Shown one piece after another: positions 29,629 to 40,000 of a stretch of DNA of 64,000 nucleotides; within the stretch, counting starts at the first letter, position 1; every line of letters starts with the position of its first letter. The notes below the pieces were generated by a model. The model was not told where the DNA came from and did not search any database. It worked only from the letters and a program-made list of their open reading frames with translations. Source of the DNA: Chamaesiphon sp. (GTDB taxonomy: Bacteria > Cyanobacteriota > Cyanobacteriia > Cyanobacteriales > Chamaesiphonaceae); the NCBI GenBank assembly GCA_965246715.1, contig CBDFFH010000022.1:1-64000 (forward strand), given 5' to 3'. The position numbers and the translations under genes were made by a program.

Positions 29629-30825
29629 GTGGAAAAACTAAATAGTCAGGATCTACAATTAGTTAATACTTGTATTCAGCAGATTTATTCACTCCGCACT
29701 TTATCAGAGTTTCCAGAGTGGATAATGATGCTATTAGAAGATCTAATTAGCTCCGAAGAATCTTTTTGTTGTAGCTTTACTACTCAAGTAACAATGATGG
29801 CGGGGACGATGAAGAATAGCTGGGCAGATATTGCTACTCCCGAATATCTCCGCGATAACCCAGCACTTCAAAACTATTTAGCTACTGGCAATCCCGCACC
29901 AAATAAGATCTCAAATTTTATCAGCGATCGCGAGTTTGTCGATCGCGAAGGTTTATATGAAACCTTATTTTCGCATTATGGAATGCGCGACCAATTGGGA
30001 TTTATGGTAAGCGATTCCCGTCGCAATGATGGTGTAATCTCATCCTTTGAGGAAGTTTTAATCGATCGACTGAAATCTTTGGTAGATGGTTCGCTCAATA
30101 TCGAAGAGCGACCTTTACTCTCAGCAACTGTAGCCGATCCGATCGCTTATTATCAAAATGAAACGCTCGGACATTTGTCGATCGGATTTCACCGCGATCG
30201 ACGCTCTTTTACAGAACGCGATCTATCAGTTCTCACTATTTTAGCTCCACACATCAAAGTTGCATATTATAATTCTCAACAATATACGAAATTAAAAAAA
30301 CAAACTCAATTATTCGACAAATTAAATATAATCTTGCTAACGATCGATGGAGAAGTCGCGATCGTTTCTACAGCCGCAGGTAATTTGCTCGATCGATATT
30401 TTGATGGCGAATGGATGAATTCTAATTGTTTACCCGATCCGATCGATAGTTGGGTAAAACAGCAACTGAGAGTACAAAAGTCAGCGATTATCGTACCGAT
30501 TCAGCCTTTGACGATCGAGAAAAACGGTCGTAAATTAAAGATCGATTTGTTGTGCGATTTTGCAGCCGAGCAGCATTTACTCATCTGTGATGAAAAATCA
30601 CTGAAGTTTTCACCGATCGAACATTTTCAGTCAATTGGCTTAAGTAAGCGCGAAGCTGAGGTTTTGGCATTGGTAGCAGTAGGAAAAACCAATCCCCAAA
30701 TCTCGCAGCAGCTCACGATCGGTGTCAAAACTGTTAAGAAACATTTAGAGCATATTTTCGGGAAACTCGATGCAAATAGTCGCATCGATGCTGTCAATAA
30801 AGCTTTGCAAAAATTCGACCGCTAA
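29629..30825 (+). CDS. LuxR-family transcriptional regulator with an N-terminal GAF/PAS-like sensor region
   Basis: C-terminal GLSKREAEVLALVAVGKTNPQISQQLTIGVKTVKKHLEHIFGKL; N-terminal R..FTERDL..L..L.PH motif; no receiver domain. Confidence 0.9.
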   Translation: MEKLNSQDLQLVNTCIQQIYSLRTLSEFPEWIMMLLEDLISSEESFCCSFTTQVTMMAGTMKNSWADIATPEYLRDNPALQNYLATGNPAPNKISNFISDREFVDREGLYETLFSHYGMRDQLGFMVSDSRRNDGVISSFEEVLIDRLKSLVDGSLNIEERPLLSATVADPIAYYQNETLGHLSIGFHRDRRSFTERDLSVLTILAPHIKVAYYNSQQYTKLKKQTQLFDKLNIILLTIDGEVAIVSTAAGNLLDRYFDGEWMNSNCLPDPIDSWVKQQLRVQKSAIIVPIQPLTIEKNGRKLKIDLLCDFAAEQHLLICDEKSLKFSPIEHFQSIGLSKREAEVLALVAVGKTNPQISQQLTIGVKTVKKHLEHIFGKLDANSRIDAVNKALQKFDR

Positions 30826-30837
30826 AACTTCCACATA

Positions 30838-30857
30838 AATACGTCCCTGGACGTATT
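30838..30857. promoter_or_regulatory. Palindromic 7-2-7 operator upstream of the giant RHS gene
   Basis: aaTACGTCC-ct-GGACGTAtt, with perfect 9-bp arms. Confidence 0.6.
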
Positions 30858-31006
30858 GTCTTTTCTGTGTACAAGGTATATTTTGTTATAGCTACAGCTA
30901 GTAATTAAAATTACATTTGCAATATAAATGGCGTAGATTCTAGTAGTTAATATCCGCCATTTGACTAACAAATGTTATTAATCGATCGCCCAAAAAACGA
31001 GAAATT

Positions 31007-34000
31007 ATGTACTCACACACACATCTGACTAGTCATACCACTCGATTCCGCACAGCGGAGGCTACGCTAACGAGCGTACTCGCAAAATCGACTCAAATCG
31101 TATTTATCGATCGACAGTTAGCCGATTATGAAATCTTAGCAGCAGGCGTATTGCCAGACATGGAGGTCTGTTTGCTAGAGCCTACCCAGGACGGGGTGCG
31201 GCAAATTGCGGCGGTATTGGCGACACGACGAGCGATTAGGACTATTCATCTCGTTTCCCACGGTAGTGCTGGTCGGATTCAGTTGGGGAGTGCGGATTTA
31301 AGTGTTGAATCGATCGCTAAATATAGTCTAGAATTGCAGCAATGGTCGGAAAGATTGGCTCCTGGTGCGGAGTTGGTAATTTATGGTTGTGAAGTCGGTC
31401 AGGGCGACAGAGGTGTATCCCTCGTCTATCGATTGAGTGAGCTTTTGGGCGTAAGTGTGGCGGCGGCGGAGACGAAGACTGGTAGTGCAGCGTTTGGTGC
31501 TGATTGGGAGTTGGGGGTTAGGACGAGTAAGCAGCCTGTGCAGTTGGCTTTTACAGCGAATTTGATGGCAGAGTATCAGGGTGTGATGATTGATGGTACC
31601 CCTGGTAATGACGATCTCAAGGGTGATAATAATCTCCTTGGGCCGATCGTGAATGATTCGATCGATGGGTTAGCTGGGAACGACACTATTAATGGTGGTT
31701 TGGGTAACGATACTATTTCAGGTGGTACTGGAACTGATACCCTCGTTGTTGACTATTCGGCTAATGACTCTAGTGGAACACAAGGAATTCAATACTTTGG
31801 GACTTTCGATCTCACTAATGGCAATGGGGGCTTTATTGCCTATAAAGGTAGTGCTAACGCTAGTTTCGATCGCATGGCTTTTACCAGCATCGAGAAGTTT
31901 AATATCACTGGGACAAAGTATAACGATGATATTCGCGGTGGTAATAACAACGATATTTTAATTGGTGGCAATGGCAATGATACCCTTTCGGGCTTTGGTG
32001 GCATCGACAATCTCGATGGTGGTGCTGGCAACGATCTAGCGATAATTGACCTCTCTAGCAGTAGCGGGAATAACTCGATCGATATTATTGCTGGCACCAC
32101 TAACTATGGCACGACGATTAATAGTATTGAAGCACTCACGGCAACTGGTGGTAGTGGCAATGATACCTTCGTTGGTGGAGGACTGAATGACAATTTGAGC
32201 GGTGGGGCTGGGGACGATCTGCTCAATGCGGGTAGTGGCAGTGACACGGTTGATGGGGGGACTGGAACTGATACCCTCGTTGTTGACTATTCAGCTAATG
32301 ATAATTCTGGTGGGACGCAGGGAATTCGATACTTTGGGACTTTTGACCTCGCCAATGGTAATGGGGGCTTTATTGCTTACAAAGGTGGCGGTGACGCTAG
32401 TTTCGATCGCATGGCTTACACCAGCATCGAGAAGTTTAATATCACTGGGACAAAGTATAACGATGACATTCGCGGTGGTAATAACAACGATATTTTAATT
32501 GGTGGCAATGGTAATGATACTCTTTCGGGCTTTGGTGGCATCGACAATCTCGATGGTGGTGCTGGCAACGATCTAGCGATAATTGACCTCTCTAGCAGTA
32601 GCGGGAATAACTCGATCGATATTATTGCTGGCACCACTAACTATGGCACGACGATTAATAGTATTGAAGCACTCACGGCAACTGGTGGTAGTGGCAATGA
32701 TACCTTCGTTGGTGGAGGACTGAATGACAATTTGAGCGGTGGGGCTGGGGACGATCTGCTCAATGCGGGTAGTGGCAGTGACACGGTTGATGGGGGGACT
32801 GGAACTGATACCCTCGTTGTTGACTATTCAGCTAATGATAATTCTGGTGGGACGCAGGGAATTCGATACTTTGGGACTTTTGACCTCGCCAATGGTAATG
32901 GGGGCTTTATTGCTTACAAAGGTGGCGGTGACGCTAGTTTCGATCGCATGGCTTACACCAGCATCGAGAAGTTTAATATCACTGGGACAAAGTATAACGA
33001 TGACATTCGCGGTGGTAATAACAACGATATTTTGATTGGTGGCAATGGTAATGATACTCTCAATGGTGGAGCAGGAGACGACATACTCGATGGTGGGAGT
33101 GGGGCAAATACTTTAATCGGTGGAGATGGGAACGATCTTTATCTGATCGATCGAACCCTCGGAGCAGGTACTATTGTTGATGACTCCTTCGGTGCCAATG
33201 ATTCGATCGATCTCGGCGTAGGTGCGAATTTTACCACAGCCAACTTATCTCGCGATGGCAAAAACCTAATTATCGATCTCAATCAAGATGGTGTTTTTAA
33301 CGCTGCTAACGACTTAACGATTAAGAATTTCTTTGCCAATACCACAGGGAATAAAGCAGGTAATGGCTATATCGAAAATATCGCCAACCTGAGTGGCTCA
33401 ACGATTCTCGACTTCTATAGTCGTCCCGTAATTACCGGATTTCCCAAGGGTACAACGGGCAGCAACAAGGGTTCGACCACAATGGTCATTGCTGGCGAAA
33501 ACTTCTCGCCTAACACTCAGATCGGGCTGGTAGACGGCAGTGGTGGCACAAAAACACCTAGCAAGGTCTATTGGGTTAGCGAAAATGAAATCTGGGCAAC
33601 CTTCGACCTCCAAGGATTAGCCACTGGAAGTTATGCAATTAGTGCCAAAAATGATGCCAACACCACTGTTGCTAATAATTCTTTTACCGTTACTAATGGG
33701 GATATTGGCAGTATTCAAACCAGCTTTAGCTACAACGCATCGGGTATTGCTACGCTCAAATATACCAACATCGGTCAAACGGACGTAGTTGCTCCACTAT
33801 TTCGTCTCACCGCAACGAATGCTCAAATTAATTTTGGTACAGACAATACCACTAGTTCTTCACTACTGAAACTGCTGCACTCATTTGTGGGCAAGAGCAG
33901 TAATGGCCCAGCCGCGATTTTATCTGCTGGCGAAAGTGGTGAAACTTCCTTCAAATATACGCCTAATGGCACTGGGGTAATTTCCTTGGCGGTGGAGCAA

Positions 34001-37000
34001 GTCCCAGCTAATGAAATTATCGACTGGGCGACTATTAAAACCCAAGCTCGTGCAGATTATAGTTTTATTGATTCAACGGCTTGGGATGAGTTGTGGACTC
34101 GGCTCACGACTACTTTTGGCACGACAGTCGGACAGTTTCAATCGGTCATGGCTGAAAATGCCAATTATCTCAGCCAACTGGGACAACCGACCAATGACTT
34201 GACGCGCTTATTTTTCTATGAATGGAATCAAGCCAACAATGCCCTAGTCAATAATAGCCTAGTCACCACTAAAGACGTAGCTGATGCGACCCCAGGCTTG
34301 TCTTTGTCATTCGATCGAACATTTTACCAATCTTTAACAGAACGTTACAATGTCGGGACATTAGGACGGGGGTGGACGAACCAATGGGAACAACGTGCTA
34401 CTACCAATGCCCAAGGTAATGTCGTAATTCGGGGAGCGGGAAATCTCCAGCGATTGTTCGAGCGACAAACTGATGGTACTTATCTAGAAGTCGGTGGTGC
34501 GACTTTAACCGTCACGGCTGGTCAATATCGGCTCAAGGAAACCACTGGCAATTTGTTGTCATATGGAACTGATGGCAAACTGAACTCTTTTGAAGACCCC
34601 AACGGCAATCGGATCTCGCTCCAATATACAGGTAGTCTCCTCACCAAGCTAGTTCATACCAATGGTGATAGTTTGAGCCTTGCTTACAATGCTCAGAGCC
34701 GGATCTCGCAGATTACCGACTCCACCGGACAAATTAGCAGCTACAGTTACGATGGCACTGGTGAAAACCTCCTATTTGTGACCACACCAAAAGGCACGAC
34801 TACTTACACCTACGATACAGGCAGTGTTGCCGCGACCAAATATTCACTCCTCTCGGTAACTTCTGCTCTAGGCTATCAGCGCAGCTTTCAATACGACAGC
34901 CAAGGTCGCCTCAGCCAAGCAGCGAGTAATGGTGGTGCAGAATCGCTGACCTACAGTTACGACAGTACTGGTGGTGTCACCGTTACCGATAGTTTAGGTA
35001 CCGTTCGCACATTCTTACTAGACGATATTGGTTCCGTCGGACAATTACGCGGCGTAGATAACCAAAATTCCTTATTCCGCTATGACGTGGCTGGAAATCC
35101 GCTGAGTGTCACCCTGCCAAATGGTGGGAAAAGTACTGCCAGTTTTGATAAATCCAGCAACTTAACTAAACAGATCGATTTACTCGGTCAAAATACTAAT
35201 TTTACTTACGATCCGACCTCCAATCGACTGACTGGTTTTACCGATGCCAAAGGTAATGGCATTGGCTACAGCTATGATGCGAAAAGTAATCTAAGCAAAC
35301 TCACATACGCCGATGGTAGTACCGCCCAGATTGGTGTGGATGCGGTAGGAAATGTTATCAGTTCCGTCAACCGACGTGGTAATACGCTCCAGTTTACCTA
35401 CAACAAGGATGGGCAAGTAACCCAGAAAAAATATCCCGATGGATCGAGCATCAGCTATGGTTATGACACCAAAGGCAATCTGACTGGCGTTACCGATACC
35501 AGCGGTACGATTACTATGCAATACGATACTGGAGATCGATTGACTAATATCGCCTACCCGAATGGTCGATCGCTCCAGTACACTTACAATACAGACGGTC
35601 AACGTACCAAGCTCGTCGGACAAGATGGCAACACGGTCAACTATAGCTACGATACCGTCGGTCGTCTCAAAACCTTAACCAATGCCACTGGTCAAAGCAT
35701 TATCAGCTATGACTACGATCCCCTCGGTCGCCTCACCAAAGAAACTAATGGTAATGGCACCTACACCACCTATGAGTACGATAAACAGAGTCAAGTAACC
35801 AAACTGGTCAACTACACGGCTACCAATACCGTCAACTCTAGTTATGTCTACACCTATGACAATTTAGGTCTGCGAAGCACTATGACTACACTGGAGGGAA
35901 TCTTCCAGTATAGTTACGACGCAAATGGTCAATTGATTGCGGTGACTACGCCCGCCAATCGTACCATTCGCTATCAATACGATGCTGCTGGCAATCGTAC
36001 CGCAGTTACTGACAACGGTACCGCCACCAACTATACCAGCAACAATCTCAATGAGTATACCAACGTCGGTAATGCGGTCTACACCTACGATACCGATGGT
36101 AACTTAACTAGCAAGATTGAAGGCGGACAGACTTCCAACTATACCTATGACGTAGAAAATCGCTTAGTTAAAGTGGTTTCGCCTACAGGCACTTGGGACT
36201 ATAAATATGATGGTTTAGGCAATCGTACCGCTACCATCGAGAACGGTCAACGCACGGATTATCTGGTAGATCCGACTGGATTGGGGAATATCGTTGGTGA
36301 ATACAACAACGCTGGTAATTTAGTCGCCGATTATAATTACGGGATTGGTTTAGTCAGTCGAGTAAATGGTGGTAATAGCAATTACTATGATGCCGATGCA
36401 CTCGGATCGATCGTCGGTGTGACTGCTACTGATGGCTCTTATGCGAACCGCTACAGTTACTTACCCTTTGGCGAATCCTTAAGCAAGGTTGAAACTGTCA
36501 CCAATCCGTTTGAATATGTCGGTCAATATGGAGTCACCAACGAAAGCAATGGACTCGACTTCATGCGGGCACGGTTCTACGATCCTAACCTGGGACGGTT
36601 TACAAATAACGACCCGATCGGACTAAATGGTGGTGATACGAATTTAAGTCGGTATGTAGGCAATAATCCTGTTAATTCGATCGATCCATCAGGATTGGAG
36701 ATCGGACCAACCTCGCCAGTCCCAGTTCCTAATCCTACGCCTCCACCTAGTCCTACACCTAGTCCTACACCTACAACTACACCTATAACTACACCTCCAC
36801 CTGAACGTATTCCTGACCCTATAGATCCAGATGGAATAGACATATTTCTATACTTGATAGCATTTGGAGTTTTATTATATTTGCTACCGGTAGTGACAGT
36901 GACAGTGACAGTGGCAGCCCCAGTAGTAATTATTACAACTACAACGTTGGAATTGGCGGCGGAAGAGCCGCCCAAACCTGATAGCGGCTCCAAAGGCGAT

Positions 37001-40000
37001 CCTCACTTCACAACCTTAGACGGCAACTACTACAACTTCCAAGGTGTTGGCGAATTCACCCTCGTCAAATCCACCACCGACGACCTCGAAATCCAAGTCC
37101 GCCAGACAAAAGTCTCTAGTGGTGCATCCGTCAATACCGCGATTGCTTTTCAATCCGGCGGACAAAAAGTTGAATTTGATGCCGGACAAAACCAAGTCAT
37201 CCTCAATGGCACCGCCACTGACATCCCCGACAAATCCCTCTTCGCCGTCGGTACAAATCTGGTGATTGCGCGAGAAGGCAAACGATACAACATCTACACC
37301 GCCAACAACGACCTGATTCAAATCGACAACAATGTCAGTTATCTCGATATCGGTGTCGGTTTAGCCGATAATCGTCTGGGTAAAGTTGCGGGACTCCTCG
37401 GCAATAATAACAACAATAGTAACGATGACATTGCCCTCCGTGATGGTACCGTCATCGGCAATAACATCACCGACGAGCAACTCTACGCCAATAGCTGGCG
37501 CATCACCCAAGCGACCTCCCTCTTTACCTACGCTCCTGGCACCAGCACGACGACATTCACAGACACCACCCCAACCGTCCCAGTCGTCATCACCCCCGCC
37601 CAACGAGCCGCCGCCGAAGCAACAGCCAGATCTGCTGGCATCACCGACCCCAACCTGCTCGAAAATGCCATCTTCGATCTAGTCGTCACTAACGATCCTG
37701 GCTATCTAGATACCTACAAAGCCGCGCAACGACAAGTCACCGTCAATGCACCCAATAGCTCTATCAACCCCGATGGTGCTGGCAGCCAATTCTGGGTCGG
37801 TGCGAATGAATTTCTACCCAATACAATCCGGTTTACCAATACCGCAGCAGCAGGCACTATTCCAGTCGGTAAAGTCGCTGTTACCCAGCAACTCGACACC
37901 GACCTCAATCTCGACACCTTTAGCTTTAGTAACATCGTCATTGGCACTACCACCGTCACCGTCCCAACAGGTGCCAAAAGTTTCAGCCAACGCCTCGATC
38001 TCCAAAGTACCCAGGGCGTATTTGTAGATATTACTGCCGATCTAGATACCACCACCCGCACCATCACTTGGACGTTCAATGCGATCGATCCAGCGAGTGG
38101 TTTACCTGTAAATATTGCCGCCAAAGGTTTCTTACCACCCGACAATGGTAATGGATCGGGTGTCGGCACCGTCGGCTATACGATCCAGCCCAAACTTGGC
38201 GGCATCACCAACACCCGTATCGACGCGCAAGCGAGCATTTCCTTCAATGGTGGCGCAGCAGTGCAAACTACCGCTGTCTTCAATACCATCGACAAAACCC
38301 TCCCAACTAGTAGCGTCAACGCCTTATCAGCCACCAACTCCAACAGCTTTAACGTCTCCTGGGGCGGTAGCGATAATGAGAGTGGCATCGCCTCGTACAA
38401 TATCTTTGTTGCTGTAGATGGCGGTGGGTATACCTTGTGGAAAACTAATACCACCGACACCTCCGGTACCTACACCGGACAAGCAGGACGTACCTATGCC
38501 TTCTACAGTATCGGCGTAGATAACGCCAATAATACCGAATCTGCCCCCGCCAGCGCAGATGCCACCACTCAAGTTATTGCCGCTGTCAACCAACCGCCCG
38601 TAGGTGCGCCGACGAAAATATTAGCTAATACCCTTGAAGATACCGCGATTACGATTAATGCGATCGATCTCCTCACAGGTTTTAGCGACCCCAATGGCGA
38701 TTCCCTCTCCGTTGCCAACCTAATTGCCACCAATGGCACCCTCGTCAATAACAACAACGGTACCTATAAATTCACCCCCACCGCCAACTTCAACGGTGCC
38801 GTCAACCTCACCTACGGCGTAACCGATGGCATCGCCACCCTCGCCGGACAAACCCGCAGTTTCAATGTCACCCCCGTCAATGACGCACCCACAGGCGCAC
38901 CGACGAAAATATTAGCCGATACCCTCGAAGATACAGCGATCGCGATTAATACAGTCGATCTCCTGACAGGTTTCAGCGATGTCGATACTGGGGATATCCT
39001 CTCCGTCACCAACCTAGTTGCTACCAACGGCACCTTGGTAAATAACAACAACGGCACCTACCAATTCACTCCCACTGCCAACTTCAACGGTGCAGTCAAC
39101 CTCACTTATGGCGTAACCGATGGTACTGTCAACCTCGCCGGACAAACCCGCAGCTTCAACGTCACTCCTATATCACGGATTGCTGTCAATGTCAATCCTA
39201 CCAATGCCGCCGAACCAGCAACACCAGGAGAATTTACCCTCACCCGTACCAATAGTACCAGCCAAGCACTGACGATCGATTACACCCTCAGCGGTACCGC
39301 CACTAATGGCGTTGATTATCAAAACCTCACTGGTAAAGCCACCTTTGCCGCTGGTGCAACCCAGACTAAAGTAACGATCGACCCGATCGATGACAACATC
39401 TCCGAAGGTACCGAGTCAGTCATCCTGACACTCAAGATCGGTACGGGATATAAACTCGACTCCAATACATTTGGCACTCTGTCGCTATTCGACAACGACA
39501 CCCAACCAACGCTAGCGATCGACAACATTTCCCAAAATGAAGGCAATAGTGGCATCACTAATTTTGGCTTCAACATCACCCTCAGCAACCCCAGTACCCA
39601 AACTATATCGGTGCAATACACCACCGCCGATGGTAGTGCCACTGCTGGCAGCGATTACACCGCCACGAACGGTACAGTCACCTTCAATCCTGGCGAACTT
39701 GCCAAAGTGGTGAATGTCGGAGTCATTGGCGATACCACGATCGAAGCCAATGAAACATTCAAACTCAATCTCAGTGGTGTCCTCAATGCGACTCTAGCCA
39801 ACAATTTCGGCACGGGGACGATCGTCAATGATGATGTCCCGATTGCTAATCCCCCGATCGTCGGTACACCTGGTGCAGACAAGTTAGTCGGCACAGCGGG
39901 AGATGACATCATCGATGGCGGTACGGGTAACGACACCATCGATGGCGGTGCGGGTAATGACATCATCTTTGGTGGTGTTGGAGTCGATCTGATTACTGGC

